The notes: generated from the sequence alone by a model not told the origin. A stretch of 64,000 nt of DNA from a candidate division Kazan bacterium RIFCSPHIGHO2_01_FULL_44_14 (GCA_001771185.1 METB01000001.1:503200-567199); one strand, 5' to 3'. Numbered from the stretch's first letter, positions 18,502-29,615 are shown. A program made the numbers and translations.

Positions 18502-19383
18502 GTGAGCAAAAAATTCCAAATTATTAATGGGTTTCAGGGGGAGGTAAAAGTATTTAACGCCCTGACTGATTTACCGATAGCCGATATAGCATCGGGTGTG
18601 CCTTTTGTGAATTCTCTGCAGGAGAGAAAACCCCAAGATTTGGATATTCTATTAACGCTAAAAAGATTTTCCATTCCCACGACTGACTTCAGGATGGAAA
18701 TCATTTTTGCTATTCAGGTTAAGAGTAGTACCGCCGGCTGGCTGATTGACACGGGATTTGACGAAATGACCAATTATCCTAAGAATAATAGGGATTATTT
18801 TTACATGACGCCTGAGCGATTCAGGGGCGCGTTTGACAGAGAAGGGTATGGCGAAGTTTTTTATTTAAAGCTCATTAGCGGCTTGTACGGGCGTACTCCG
18901 CTAATGCATACTGGTTGGCAATTATTTGAGGATGGTAAAGATGGCCAAGCGGGTGTCTTGAAAGATCGAACGGGACAGCGTGATGAGCCAATATATAGGG
19001 GGGCTATAAATGCCCTGGGTTTTGCCATCGAGAAATATCATACGACACTTAATGACTGCGGAGATGAAAAAAATGAGGAGGAATTCAATAGTATAAGGTG
19101 GATAATACCAGTTGTTGTCTTGGACGGAGCCCTGTATGGAAGGGATTTTAAAAAAGAAATCAAGGGCAATGAGATTGAGCCAGAGCCAATCGAGGATAAA
19201 TGGTTTGTGCGCTATATGTGGCTTTTAAAGAAGGGCAGTAACGAAAATTATAATTATGAAATGTCCCCCGTTTTCTATGTGAAATCTGAAGATGTAAAGG
19301 AATTCATAGAATACATTAAACAACAGGTTGAAAATTATAACGCGGATGAAACATTAACTGATTTCAAAAAACGAATTAATTAA
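18502..19383 (+). CDS. hypothetical protein inserted in the heat-shock operon; weak PD-(D/E)xK nuclease-like pattern
   Basis: 293 aa; D..EIIFAIQVK segment; AT-rich codon usage. Confidence 0.45.
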   Translation: MSKKFQIINGFQGEVKVFNALTDLPIADIASGVPFVNSLQERKPQDLDILLTLKRFSIPTTDFRMEIIFAIQVKSSTAGWLIDTGFDEMTNYPKNNRDYFYMTPERFRGAFDREGYGEVFYLKLISGLYGRTPLMHTGWQLFEDGKDGQAGVLKDRTGQRDEPIYRGAINALGFAIEKYHTTLNDCGDEKNEEEFNSIRWIIPVVVLDGALYGRDFKKEIKGNEIEPEPIEDKWFVRYMWLLKKGSNENYNYEMSPVFYVKSEDVKEFIEYIKQQVENYNADETLTDFKKRIN

Positions 19384-19392
19384 GGAGAATCT

Positions 19393-21414
19393 ATGAGCAA
19401 GATCATTGGAATTGATTTGGGGACAACAAACAGTGCGTCAGCAGTAATGCGTGGTGGGAAGCCGGAGATTATTCCATCATCCGAAGGTGGACGGACAGTG
19501 CCGTCGGTGGTAGCACAGAATAAAGCCGGTGAGATTTTGGTTGGGCAGGTGGCCAAGCGGCAGGCGGTGACGAATGCCGAAAATACGATTTATTCTGCCA
19601 AGCGGTTTATTGGCCGTCGGTTTTCTGATTCGTCAGTTCAGGCCGATATTAAATTAATGCCGTTTGCGGTAAAAGAGGGCAGTAATGGTGGGGTAGTGTT
19701 TGCGATGGGCCCCTCGGCGGACTCGGGACAGGTGAGAAATTGGCAACCAGCCGAAATTTCTGCAAAAGTTTTGCAGAAGATCAAGCGGGATGCCGAGGCC
19801 TTCTTGAGTGAACCAGTAACTGAAGCGGTGATTACGGTTCCGGCTTACTTTGATGACTCTCAACGCCAAGCTACTAAAGATGCCGGTAAGATCGCCGGGT
19901 TAGATGTAAAACGAATCATCAATGAACCAACCGCAGCCACATTGGCATATGGTTTGGGCGCCAAGAAGAACGAAAAAGTGGCCATCTATGACTTAGGCGG
20001 TGGAACTTTTGATATTTCCATTTTGGAAATCGGAGATAGCGATGGTGAGTCTGTCTTTGAAGTAAAAGCTACTAATGGTGATACGCATTTGGGTGGTGAT
20101 GATTTTGATCAAAAAATTATTGATTGGATTACCGAAGAGTTCAAGCGCGACCAGGGCGTTGATTTAAAAGAAGATAAATTGGCAATTCAGCGGTTGAAGG
20201 AAGCAGCCGAAAAAGCCAAACATGAATTGTCTAGTGCGGTTGAGACAGAAATTAATATTCCGTTTGTAACAGCCGATGCAACTGGTCCAAAACATTTGGC
20301 AATGAAATTAACTCGGGCCCAGTTAGAGCAACTAGTGGCCGATTTAATCGAACGGACGATGGAGCCGATGAAGAAAGCGCTATCTGATGCTGGCCTTGGT
20401 GTTTCTGACATCAACGAAGTAATTTTGGTCGGTGGGATGACCCGAATGCCGGCGGTGCAAGAATCGGTCAAGAATTTCTTTGGTAAAGAACCAAACCAAA
20501 GCGTGAACCCAGATGAAGCAGTAGCACTAGGGGCTGCCATTCAGGGTGGCGTATTGCAGGGTGATGTGAAAGATGTCCTGCTTCTAGATGTCACACCATT
20601 GTCACTGGGTTTGGAAACTTTGGGTGGAGTAGCGACTAAATTAATCGAACGCAACACGACTATTCCGACCAGCAAGTCACAAGTGTTTTCTACGGCGGCC
20701 GACAATCAACCAAGCGTGGAAATTCATGTAGTCCAGGGTGAGCGGGAAATGGCATCCGATAATAAATCATTAGGTAGATTTGTGCTGGATGGAATTGCGC
20801 CGTCTTCTCGTGGCGTTCCCCAAGTCGAAGTGACATTCGATATTGACGCTAACGGGATTCTGAATGTGAAAGCCACCGATAAAGGTACCGGCAAAGAACA
20901 GCACATTACCATCACCGGTTCTAGCGGTTTGTCCAAGGAAGAAGTTGAGCGGATGGCGAAAGAAGCCGAAGTCCATGCGGCCGAGGATAAACAAAAGAAA
21001 GAAAAGATTGAAGTTCGGAATCAGGCCGATAGTTTAGTTTACACCTCGGAAAAAGCCCTGAAAGATGCGGGAGATAAGGTGGATACGGCAACTAAAGGTC
21101 AAATTGAAGACAGAATTAAGGCGGTTAAAGAAGCACTAGAAAAAGACGATACGGATGCAATAAGAAAAGCGACCGAAGAATTATCAGCAGTGATTCAAAA
21201 GATTGGTCAAGCCATGTATGGACAATCTAACCAATCTCAGCAATCTGATCAATCTAACCAATCCGGACAGGCGGAGACCAAAGACGCTGATTTTACACAA
21301 GAATCTAGTTCAGACGAACCTTCATCTGACTCTGTCAAGGACACATCGGACGAGTCCGACTCCGCTGACACTCCGCCGGACACGCAAAACGATAATGATG
21401 AAAAAGCACTTTGA
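19393..21414 (+). CDS. dnaK: Chaperone DnaK (Hsp70) with a low-complexity Q/S/D-rich C-terminal tail
   Basis: [10 protein letters not shown] and DLGGGTFD motifs. Confidence 0.97.
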   Translation: MSKIIGIDLGTTNSASAVMRGGKPEIIPSSEGGRTVPSVVAQNKAGEILVGQVAKRQAVTNAENTIYSAKRFIGRRFSDSSVQADIKLMPFAVKEGSNGGVVFAMGPSADSGQVRNWQPAEISAKVLQKIKRDAEAFLSEPVTEAVITVPAYFDDSQRQATKDAGKIAGLDVKRIINEPTAATLAYGLGAKKNEKVAIYDLGGGTFDISILEIGDSDGESVFEVKATNGDTHLGGDDFDQKIIDWITEEFKRDQGVDLKEDKLAIQRLKEAAEKAKHELSSAVETEINIPFVTADATGPKHLAMKLTRAQLEQLVADLIERTMEPMKKALSDAGLGVSDINEVILVGGMTRMPAVQESVKNFFGKEPNQSVNPDEAVALGAAIQGGVLQGDVKDVLLLDVTPLSLGLETLGGVATKLIERNTTIPTSKSQVFSTAADNQPSVEIHVVQGEREMASDNKSLGRFVLDGIAPSSRGVPQVEVTFDIDANGILNVKATDKGTGKEQHITITGSSGLSKEEVERMAKEAEVHAAEDKQKKEKIEVRNQADSLVYTSEKALKDAGDKVDTATKGQIEDRIKAVKEALEKDDTDAIRKATEELSAVIQKIGQAMYGQSNQSQQSDQSNQSGQAETKDADFTQESSSDEPSSDSVKDTSDESDSADTPPDTQNDNDEKAL

Positions 21415-21477
21415 TAATCAATTGGTCTAAAATGACCAAAAAGAATGTGCTATGATTTAAAGGGTCAAGGGGAACCT

Positions 21478-22197
21478 ATGGGGAAATCAAAAACTGTCTT
21501 ATTGTTAGTTGGATTATTTACAGTGATAGCACTGGCAGGTGTTAGTTGTAGCCGTGGTTTACAGACAACCGATAATGCAGTTGACAATACGCTGGACAAC
21601 ACGGTAGCAGATAACGCAGTTGTTGACAACACGGCAGTAATCAACCCAACCAATCAAACCACCACGACAGTATCTAGTTCTGGTTTGCCAGACCCAGCCA
21701 GCGTTAAGGCCAGTTTGGCCACTGAAACATCTGGTGCAGAGACAGCAGTCAAAACATTGCAGGCAGATGCAGTATTGCAGTTGGTATCGATTAAGTTCAT
21801 CAATTCACTGTCTGACCAGACCGGGTTATCGACTAACTATTACATTTACGCGTCAGCTTCGAATCCTAACTTCTACTATTTGGTGAACATGCCAAGAAAC
21901 GGTGAGAAGTTGAAGCGGTTCTTAATGCCGGTTGAGGATTTGGATTTGCCGTTTGATTTGTTGCAGATTCCAGTTAAGTATTGGAAATTGTCTTACGCGG
22001 AGGCCCTACAAAGTGTTGAGCAACGAGGTGGCAGTGATTTTCGGGCTAAGCACAAAACCTTTGAAGTGTCGGCGATTCTGGCAATTCCAGCTGGCCAGTA
22101 CTTGAGTTGGTTTGTGACTTATCGGGCGACCGATGGAACCGGAGATGTGTTGAAAGCGTCGGTGGATGCAAATTCGGGTGCAGTCAGTTTGATTTGA
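21478..22197 (+). CDS. hypothetical secreted protein with N-terminal signal peptide and DN(A/T)-rich repeats
   Basis: MGKSKTVLLLVGLFTVIALAGVSC signal-like N-terminus; start taken at the internal ATG with RBS. Confidence 0.5.
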   Translation: MGKSKTVLLLVGLFTVIALAGVSCSRGLQTTDNAVDNTLDNTVADNAVVDNTAVINPTNQTTTTVSSSGLPDPASVKASLATETSGAETAVKTLQADAVLQLVSIKFINSLSDQTGLSTNYYIYASASNPNFYYLVNMPRNGEKLKRFLMPVEDLDLPFDLLQIPVKYWKLSYAEALQSVEQRGGSDFRAKHKTFEVSAILAIPAGQYLSWFVTYRATDGTGDVLKASVDANSGAVSLI

Positions 22198-22206
22198 CGA
22201 AAACGG

Positions 22207-22440
22207 ATGATTATTTTCGTTATTTCCGTGCCCGTCCGCAACGATTCGCCAGCCCGTAGTGGATACAACATTTCTGGCGGGCGTAGCGATTCTGGCAGGA
22301 AAACGGGAATCCAGAAAGAAACTGACGTCCTTGCGTCATCCTCGGGGCCACCGCTAGGTGGAGCCCGGGGAACCAGACATAAAAAGATTTTTATTTTCTT
22401 TTCTAAATCCCCGGGTCAAGCCCGAGGATGACTTAAAGGA
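22207..22440. repeat. Composite repeat: family A palindromic element (22231..22312) plus a gtcatcctcgggg...cccgaggatgac hairpin element (22336..22432)
   Basis: 22231..22312 is near-identical to 49186..49267; the 22336..22432 inverted repeat shares gtcatcctcggg / gagcccgggga / aaaaagatttt with 55845..56030. Confidence 0.75.
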
Positions 22441-22491
22441 CGCGCACGGGTGGTTTGAAGAATGTTCAGGGGTGACTTTTGAAATTTATTT

Positions 22492-23565
22492 ATGGCGAAA
22501 GATTACTACGACATTTTGGGCGTGGCAAAAGGTGCTACGCCTGATGAAATTAAAAAAGCTTATCGGAAGCTGGCTTTAAAGTACCATCCTGACAAAGGTG
22601 AAAATGGTAACGCGGAAAAATTCAAAGAAGTGAATGAGGCCTATCAGGTATTGGGAAGCGAAGAAAAGCGGCGGCAGTACGACCAGTTTGGTCATTCATT
22701 TGAAGGAGCCGGTTCTGCTGGACAGCATTATGATTTTAGCGGATTCAACACTCAAGGGTTTGGTGGGTTTGAAGATGTGTTCGATGCTTTTTTTGGCGGT
22801 CAAAGAACGGCTCGGCGCCAGAGCCCAGCCGATATTAAGCGAGGTGCCGATTTAGAAGTTGCCATTGAAATTCCTTTTGAAACCGCCGTATTTGGCGGTA
22901 AACAGACCATCCATTTATCTAAAGACACAGTTTGTGAAAGTTGTGGTGGGACTGGCTCAACGAATAAAAAAATGAAGGCCTGTGCCAAATGCCATGGTAC
23001 TGGTCAGATTGATCAAGTCAGACAAACATTGTTGGGAGCAATTCGTCAAAGTCGGGTTTGTTCGGAATGCAAGGGATTAGGAGAAATGCCGGAACAAACT
23101 TGTCGGTCATGTACTGGGGCAGGACGGACTAAACAACCAGGCGGAGTAAATATTACCATTCCTGATGGGATTGATGATGGACAGACCATTCGAGTGCCTC
23201 ATGAAGGATCAGCTGGCTTCCGAGGCGGTAAACCAGGCGATTTATATGTGACGGTTCATGTTACACCTAGCCGAGAATACAAACGGAAAGAATTTGATTT
23301 GTACAAAACCATTTCCATTCCATTTACAACTGCGGTATTGGGTGGGAGCGTGAAAGTTGAAACGCTAGACGGCAAAATTGATTTAAAAATCCCGTCAGCA
23401 ACGCAACGCGGAGAAACCTTAAAGGCCAGAGGGTTGGGAGTGCCGAAAATTAATTCAACTGGCAGGGGAGATTTGTATTTGACGATCGATATCACGGTTC
23501 CAAAACGATTGACTTTGAAACAACGCAAGTTACTACAGGAGTTAGACAGAGAGTGGAAGGAATAA
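22492..23565 (+). CDS. dnaJ: Chaperone DnaJ
   Basis: J-domain with HPD (KYHPDK), G/F region, four CxxCxGxG zinc-finger repeats. Confidence 0.95.
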   Translation: MAKDYYDILGVAKGATPDEIKKAYRKLALKYHPDKGENGNAEKFKEVNEAYQVLGSEEKRRQYDQFGHSFEGAGSAGQHYDFSGFNTQGFGGFEDVFDAFFGGQRTARRQSPADIKRGADLEVAIEIPFETAVFGGKQTIHLSKDTVCESCGGTGSTNKKMKACAKCHGTGQIDQVRQTLLGAIRQSRVCSECKGLGEMPEQTCRSCTGAGRTKQPGGVNITIPDGIDDGQTIRVPHEGSAGFRGGKPGDLYVTVHVTPSREYKRKEFDLYKTISIPFTTAVLGGSVKVETLDGKIDLKIPSATQRGETLKARGLGVPKINSTGRGDLYLTIDITVPKRLTLKQRKLLQELDREWKE

Positions 23566-23567
23566 AA

Positions 23568-23597
23568 ATGCCTCACGGTTAGGTGAGGCATAAAAAT
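23568..23597. terminator. Hairpin atgcctcac-ggttaggt-gaggcat flanked by A-runs (T-run on the minus strand); terminator for the convergent genes
   Basis: 9-bp stem. Confidence 0.55.
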
Positions 23598-23613
23598 GAG
23601 AAATTCGTCTAAG

Positions 23614-23940
23614 TCAAACGCAAGTGGGACATCTCGCGAAGTATTTGTCGAGGTACATTCGGGTGTCGATTGGTATGGTTTTGTTTCGATGAATTTTGCT
23701 AAGTTCAACAAAACATTCTTCGTTTAGACATCCTGCGGGTGTGGTCAGGTCAAAGGGAGGATATCCCAATAAACTTTCCCGATAATCCCCGCATAGTTCG
23801 CGAACCGCTGTTTGGATTGAATGCCAGTCGTTAACCGACTTGAGTTTGCCTAGCAGTATTTGCAGGCGATCGATGCAGCTCTTGGTGTCAATGGGATGAC
23901 ATTTGACGATTTTCTCCAGTTTAGACGGACCAGATGCCAT
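23614..23940 (-). CDS. hypothetical Cys-rich small protein
   Basis: seven Cys including a C-terminal CPTC; terminator hairpin downstream on the minus strand. Confidence 0.45.
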   Translation of the reverse strand: MASGPSKLEKIVKCHPIDTKSCIDRLQILLGKLKSVNDWHSIQTAVRELCGDYRESLLGYPPFDLTTPAGCLNEECFVELSKIHRNKTIPIDTRMYLDKYFARCPTCV

Positions 23941-24085
23941 GTGCGATACCTCCCGAAATGTTCAACAAGCGCTACTATATTGATATCTGTAGCGGTTTTT
24001 GTCAACTGAAAAATAACTTTACTTTTTCGTCAATTTTTGGCATGCTGGGAGCGACATTTTTTACAGTTAAAAATTAGTTCTACAG

Positions 24086-24601
24086 ATGGTTCCAACATGG
24101 GATTTAGTTTTGCTGGTATTTGGGGGCGCAAGTGTGGTCTATGGTTTAATGTTGCGTGAAAGGGTGGTGGTTACGCTCTTGGGGGCTTACGCTGCAATGA
24201 TAGTCGCTGACCGCTGGGGCGAGTCGATTTATCGGATGGTGACCGACCAAAGCGGAGCTGTCCTGAATGAGCAGTTCGTGAGTGGTAATATCTCGGTTTT
24301 CACGGTCCAGGTGGTGTTATTCGCAATTGTGCTTTTGATTGTGGCGCTGAAGGGTGGTATCTTGATTCATCCAGATTCGCTCGGAAGCGGGTTTATGTCT
24401 TACGGCGCATTGGCGATGTATGGGTTGCTGTCGGCAGTTTTGATTGCTTCGGCGGTGTTAAGTTTTCTGCCGGCCGACCAATTACAAGTGATTTATGACC
24501 ATTCCCGTTCAGCCAAGTATTTGGTGGATTATCAGACATGGATATTGATTGCGCCAATGGTGGTAATGTTGATTTCGGGTTGGGGACACAAGGCGGAATA
24601 G
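24086..24601 (+). CDS. hypothetical membrane protein
   Basis: multiple TM helices. Confidence 0.45.
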   Translation: MVPTWDLVLLVFGGASVVYGLMLRERVVVTLLGAYAAMIVADRWGESIYRMVTDQSGAVLNEQFVSGNISVFTVQVVLFAIVLLIVALKGGILIHPDSLGSGFMSYGALAMYGLLSAVLIASAVLSFLPADQLQVIYDHSRSAKYLVDYQTWILIAPMVVMLISGWGHKAE

Positions 24602-24716
24602 GGAAGAGTATCGAGTGATGGGTAACGCGCAATGGGCGAGGGGAAACGCTCGTAATTTCTAGGATGATATCCACTCTCGTAATTCACAACTTATTACTCA
24701 TAACTAGTGTGGGCAT

Positions 24717-25109
24717 ATGCAAATTAAGCTTCTGGGGTTAAATGGCGAGAATGTGCCGTGGTTGCAGTGGAGCCGATTTAAGCGACGGGAAGATAGTTTA
24801 TTCCTGTTTGTTTGGGCAGCAGTGCTACTGCATATTATCTTTTGGGTGTTGTGGCATTTCTTTATCGCGCCATACCCAATTGCGCTGACAATCCCATTAG
24901 CGGCTAACTTGGGTCAATTTAATTTTTTGTATGATTATTTTTGGCCATTGGCTAATACTTTGGTTTTGGTTTTAAATACTTGGTTGGCCTTTCGAATTTA
25001 TCGAAAAGATATTTTTGCCAGTTGGCTGCTAATCGGGGCCAATATCTTTTTGCAGATCGTGGTTTTGGCTATCACTCTGTTTCTTATATCATTTAGTCGA
25101 CCGGTTTAA
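24717..25109 (+). CDS. hypothetical membrane protein
   Basis: 4 TM helices; stop overlaps the next gene's start. Confidence 0.45.
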   Translation: MQIKLLGLNGENVPWLQWSRFKRREDSLFLFVWAAVLLHIIFWVLWHFFIAPYPIALTIPLAANLGQFNFLYDYFWPLANTLVLVLNTWLAFRIYRKDIFASWLLIGANIFLQIVVLAITLFLISFSRPV

Positions 25110-26764
25110 TGTTGACTCCTGCGGCTCGCCGTTTTTGGGAAATTTTACCTGGGGCTACTAGTTGGACGGTGCTGGTAGCGCCATTTATTTTATCGTTTAT
25201 TTGGCCAGAGGGGATTGCCTATTTTATCATCGTGTTCGATACCTACTGGCTGACCAAGGCATTGGTGATGGGCGGTCATCTGGTGTTTGGTTATTACCAT
25301 ATGCAACGGGCAATGCGAATCGACTGGCTGGAGCGAGTGAGGCAGACCGAGGATATGGAAGGTCTAAGTAATGATTTACTGCGCCGATTTCACTTGGCGC
25401 GCGGATTTGAAGCCAGACGGTTAAAGGAAGAATGGGAACAGGTCGAGGCAATGCGTCGAATGCCGGCCATCCAAAAGGACTGGCGACAAGTGAGGCATGC
25501 AGTGATTTATGCGATCTATAAAGAGAGTTTCGAGGTAGTTGAGGGAAGTTTGCGGGCTTGTTTTGAAAGCAACTATCCCAAAAATAAAATGATAATCGTC
25601 TTGGCGCTAGAAGAGCGAGCTGGAGCGCAGGCGGTGGCGGTGGCGGAAAAAATTAAAGAAGTGTTTGATGGAGTGTTCGCCGACATTTTAGTAACAATTC
25701 ATCCGGATGGAATTATAGGCGAATTGAAGGCCAAAGGAGCCAATGTTTATTATGCGGGGCAGGAACTCAAAAAATATGTGGATGCGAGAGGTTGGCAGTA
25801 CGATGATGTGATGGTGTCATGTTTTGATGCTGACACCCTGCCGTCCAGGCAGTATTTTGCCAATGTGACCTACAACTATATTTTAAATCCAGAGCGAACA
25901 TTCAGAAGTTATCAGCCGATTCCGTTGTTCAATAATAACATTTGGGACGTGCCAGTGATTAATCGACTAGTAGCGTTTGGGTCGTCTTACTGGCAGATGA
26001 TTGAATCAACCCGACCTCACCGATTGGTGAATTTTTCATCCCAAACCATGAGTTTGAAAACTTTAGTTGATATTGATTTTTGGGACAGAGCGGTGGTATC
26101 GGAGGATTCAAAACAATTTTATCGGGCGTTCTATCAATATCGCGGTAATCATCAAGCCATTCCGATTTTTACGCCGGTGTCGATGGATGCGGTATTGGGA
26201 CGGACTTATTGGGATACTTTGAAAGCCCAGTATATCCAGAAGCGGCGCTGGGCATGGGGGATTGAGAATTTTCCTTATGCGATGGAGAAGTTCTTTGCGA
26301 TGCAGGGGCTGATGACCTTAAAGGACCGAATTATCCATCCATTTCGAATGCTGGAAGGACATGTATCCTGGGCAACCTCTTCGCTACTAATTGCTTTGGG
26401 CGGATGGCTACCAATCCTTTTGAATATGGATTTCCGAAGTTCAATCTTAGCTTATCATTTGCCAGTGTTGGCCCGGGACTTGCTTAGTTTGACTTGGGTG
26501 GGAATTATTGTCTCGACGATTGTAGCATTCCAATTATTACCACCTCGGCCAGCCAAGTATGGCAAAATAAAAACTGTTGAAATGCTGTTAATGTGGGTAA
26601 TGGTGCCAATTTCCGGAATTATTTTTGGTTCCATCCCAGCGATTGATGCCGAGACAAGATTAATGCTGGGTAAGTATCTAGGTTTCCATGTCACCGAAAA
26701 AGAGCGCAAAACAACCTTTGCGCCATCGGTAGTGGACAAGACCGTGGTGTCCCGGGTAAGTTAA
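25109..26764 (+). CDS. Membrane-embedded family-2 glycosyltransferase (processive, cellulose/hyaluronan synthase-like)
   Basis: QKRRW matches the Q(Q/R)xRW motif; DAD motif (CFDADTLP); TM helices at both ends. Confidence 0.6.
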   Translation: MLTPAARRFWEILPGATSWTVLVAPFILSFIWPEGIAYFIIVFDTYWLTKALVMGGHLVFGYYHMQRAMRIDWLERVRQTEDMEGLSNDLLRRFHLARGFEARRLKEEWEQVEAMRRMPAIQKDWRQVRHAVIYAIYKESFEVVEGSLRACFESNYPKNKMIIVLALEERAGAQAVAVAEKIKEVFDGVFADILVTIHPDGIIGELKAKGANVYYAGQELKKYVDARGWQYDDVMVSCFDADTLPSRQYFANVTYNYILNPERTFRSYQPIPLFNNNIWDVPVINRLVAFGSSYWQMIESTRPHRLVNFSSQTMSLKTLVDIDFWDRAVVSEDSKQFYRAFYQYRGNHQAIPIFTPVSMDAVLGRTYWDTLKAQYIQKRRWAWGIENFPYAMEKFFAMQGLMTLKDRIIHPFRMLEGHVSWATSSLLIALGGWLPILLNMDFRSSILAYHLPVLARDLLSLTWVGIIVSTIVAFQLLPPRPAKYGKIKTVEMLLMWVMVPISGIIFGSIPAIDAETRLMLGKYLGFHVTEKERKTTFAPSVVDKTVVSRVS

Positions 26765-26765
26765 A

Positions 26766-27488
26766 TTACATATCCAGTCGATACTCGGCCCAAAACTTTT
26801 GGGTGGATTTGTGTTTGCGCAGTAAATTATAGATTTCCATTACTCCGGGCATTAACTGCCCGTTAGTTAATGGCAATTTAGCCCAGAAACATTTACCCAT
26901 AGTAGTTTGAGGCCGAAGGGCCCCTTTTAATCGGCTGGTAGTAAAAATATGACAAAGCATGTGAGCCAAAAGTTCGCCTTGGTCATTAATTACCAAATAA
27001 ACATCTCCGCGGTGAGTTAAATGTGCAACTAAGTCGGTTTTTTCGGTTAACTCACGAGTGGCGGCGGTAACTAAATTCTCGCCCAAGTGGGTCTTACCGT
27101 AAGGAAATCCGCACATCCCGTAAAACGGCTGATGGTGGCGCTTGTATAGTAAATATTCATTTTTATCATTTTTGCAAACGATCAGCGTAACGATTTTTGG
27201 CTGAACCCGGGGACGGAAATGTTTTAAGCTAAGTTTATCAACATACCGACGGCCATGCGGGGAGAGATCGTATAGATGTTCACCGGTCTTGGCAATCAAA
27301 TCGTTTTTAATTAATAAATTTAAATGATAGGTAAATAGATTACCTTCCATCTCGGTGGGCTTGATTTCGGAATAGCGAAGTCCGGGATGGAAAGTCAGCC
27401 GAGCCAGGATTTGCTTCTGGATGGTATGCATACCTCTATTGTGGCACAGGTAGGGGAGGGGGCGACAAGTCAAATTAATTTGACTCAA
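26766..27488 (-). CDS. Winged-helix plus NUDIX-domain protein, probably a regulator or inactive hydrolase
   Basis: C-terminal Nudix-like box GKTHLGENLVTAATRELTEKTDL with the second catalytic Glu replaced by Lys; N-terminal HTH-like region. Confidence 0.55.
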   Translation of the reverse strand: MSQINLTCRPLPYLCHNRGMHTIQKQILARLTFHPGLRYSEIKPTEMEGNLFTYHLNLLIKNDLIAKTGEHLYDLSPHGRRYVDKLSLKHFRPRVQPKIVTLIVCKNDKNEYLLYKRHHQPFYGMCGFPYGKTHLGENLVTAATRELTEKTDLVAHLTHRGDVYLVINDQGELLAHMLCHIFTTSRLKGALRPQTTMGKCFWAKLPLTNGQLMPGVMEIYNLLRKHKSTQKFWAEYRLDM

Positions 27489-27579
27489 AAACGCTTGTCT
27501 AGACGCTAGTTTTAGTGTGGTTCACGCTAAGTGGGGAAGATGCACCTTTCCAATCTAAGTTGTCCAGGAGGACAAAATA

Positions 27580-28218
27580 ATGCAGGTATCGAGTAAGAAT
27601 GTGGCGACTCGTTGGCAGGATTTTGAGCGTGACTTGGTTGAAATCAGCACCAAGTTAGAAGCGAAGCGGATTGAGGTGATACCAATTCAAACTGAATACA
27701 AACGACTTGCCGGAGAGTTAGAGTCGATTGAACAACAGTTTGAAAAGGTTAGAATCCTCATACAGGGATGGAAAGTACTTTTATTGATTGCCGAGTTGGC
27801 CGAGCAAGGTCTGGGATGGTGTAGCGAGTGTAAGCGGGTAGTTGAGAGCCAGAACTTTGTCTGGGTTGAGGTAATCTATCAAGTTGCTAACCATCATCAT
27901 GAAAGCTGGAGCGGAACCAGCGATGCTATGAGTTTGAAACATCTCTGTTTGTCTTGCCAGAAGAAATTACGAGAACAGTACAAGTACGGCAAGTTTTCTT
28001 TTTGTGCTGTCGAGGTGATTGACAATCGATGGGGAGTCCGTTGTGGCGCGACAAATATGTGGATATCAGCTCTCCAGGCCTGTGGTGGCAGGTTGTTCGG
28101 TTTGGATTGGGTTTGGAATGAGAGGGATTCTACTAGGCTCGATGGACAGATTTTCAATGATCTTTGGTGTGAGTACTGCTCGTCTTTGCTTGGCCTGGAC
28201 CAGCCAGTTGCGGATTAG
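27580..28218 (+). CDS. hypothetical Cys-rich protein (CxxC pairs)
   Basis: CSEC, CLSC and CEYC pairs. Confidence 0.45.
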   Translation: MQVSSKNVATRWQDFERDLVEISTKLEAKRIEVIPIQTEYKRLAGELESIEQQFEKVRILIQGWKVLLLIAELAEQGLGWCSECKRVVESQNFVWVEVIYQVANHHHESWSGTSDAMSLKHLCLSCQKKLREQYKYGKFSFCAVEVIDNRWGVRCGATNMWISALQACGGRLFGLDWVWNERDSTRLDGQIFNDLWCEYCSSLLGLDQPVAD

Positions 28219-28355
28219 CACCTTGTGTTTAAAGCCGTTTTTCTACTTAGGGAAACGGCTTTTGTATTTTTATTAACTTTACTTTTATCACCTTTAGAGA
28301 TATATTAAATCGTTCTTTTTGCGAACTTTGAAAAATCGCTTAGGAGGTGATTTAA

Positions 28356-29435
28356 GTGGAAGATAATTGGTGGGAGGGATTCTACAAACGCTCGTTACTA
28401 TGGGGCTTGGCTTGGATCCCGGTTTTAACGATGTGGCTGTCAGTGGCAATTTTCAAGCCAAGCATTCGAGTCGGTGGACTGGTGTTTACTTGGGATGAAG
28501 CCCGACGAATGACTGAGGCAGTCGGAGACATCGGGCAAAAAAAGTTTAGCATTGCCAATGTTGGGATGCATCTATGTTCTTTCGGCCCACAGTACTCAAT
28601 CCGGATGGAGGATGGATTTGGAGCGATCTTGAGTTCGTTCCAGGGAAACTTGATTGCAGGGCTTTTAGCGCTCCTGATCGGTTTGCTAATTATTGGGTTG
28701 GCCACAAAGGATAGTAAGGATTGTTTCTATGCGGTTGGTCCGTTCCTGGTTTATTCCCTGGCCGCTATTTTTTGGACAGTTGTCTGGATTGCGCCGCACA
28801 ATTCTAGCTATCTCACAAATGCTGACAGTATAATTGCCCAGGTTGTAATCTACTCGCTTTTGGCTGGATTTGTAGCCAAGATGCTGTTAATGTCGGCTCA
28901 CAATAGTGGATTGGTTGAACTCACAGAAGGAGCAGATTTTTCGTCTTTGTCTAACCGTCCGCGAGGAGTTTCCCGTGATGTAGCCCAACTAAGAATCGAT
29001 CATGTAGTGTTGCCGAATTCTTTAATCAGAAGCAAGTCATCAACGGTTCTGGCTGGTTCAGAATCCCAACCAGTACAACCATCTTCGTTTCATGAAGATG
29101 ACGCTGTCCCACTTACAACCATGGCGGAAGAAGTGCACCAAATTGTTAAGTCAGTAGTGGTGTCATTGGTGCTGATGGTTGCTTATTACTGTCCATTTTG
29201 TGGGGGAGCCATGAAACGATTCGCGCGCCCATTCGGTGTTAAACCCTGGATTTGTAGGAACAGGGTTTGCGGGTCGAACCTGGCTCCTTTCAAAGAATCA
29301 GAGGAGAAACTTTGCAGTAACTGCAAAGGGTGTCTATTGGATGCCTCTTCGGCAGTTTATTGCCACCATTGCGGGTGGAAGATCGGGAATGAACTTCCAA
29401 CTCTTCCTGGAGGTGGTCAGAATGTGGGGATTTGA
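28356..29435 (+). CDS. hypothetical membrane protein with C-terminal double zinc ribbon
   Basis: N-terminal TM helices; C-terminal CPFCGG...CRNRVCG...CSNCKGC...CHHCGWK. Confidence 0.5.
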   Translation: MEDNWWEGFYKRSLLWGLAWIPVLTMWLSVAIFKPSIRVGGLVFTWDEARRMTEAVGDIGQKKFSIANVGMHLCSFGPQYSIRMEDGFGAILSSFQGNLIAGLLALLIGLLIIGLATKDSKDCFYAVGPFLVYSLAAIFWTVVWIAPHNSSYLTNADSIIAQVVIYSLLAGFVAKMLLMSAHNSGLVELTEGADFSSLSNRPRGVSRDVAQLRIDHVVLPNSLIRSKSSTVLAGSESQPVQPSSFHEDDAVPLTTMAEEVHQIVKSVVVSLVLMVAYYCPFCGGAMKRFARPFGVKPWICRNRVCGSNLAPFKESEEKLCSNCKGCLLDASSAVYCHHCGWKIGNELPTLPGGGQNVGI

Positions 29436-29502
29436 ACCTGGAACTAAGCCGTTCTGCTGTTACAGCAGAACGGCTTTTTCGTGCCTGGATTGTTCTCCTT
29501 GA

Positions 29503-29615
29503 CCCCGTTAGAAATCCGGCGCCACTTTAGTCGGTACCAAAGGAGATAGTTTGGCGAACGGCGCAACCGCTCTGATACCCAACACTCACTACTGGCCGGG
29601 CAATTTCTAACGGGG
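29503..29615. promoter_or_regulatory. 13-bp inverted repeat ccccgttagaaat / atttctaacgggg bracketing 87 bp immediately upstream of the 16S promoter
   Basis: the same arms (atcccgttagaaat / atttttaacgggat) bracket the ftsH 5' region at 9516..9645. Confidence 0.4.
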
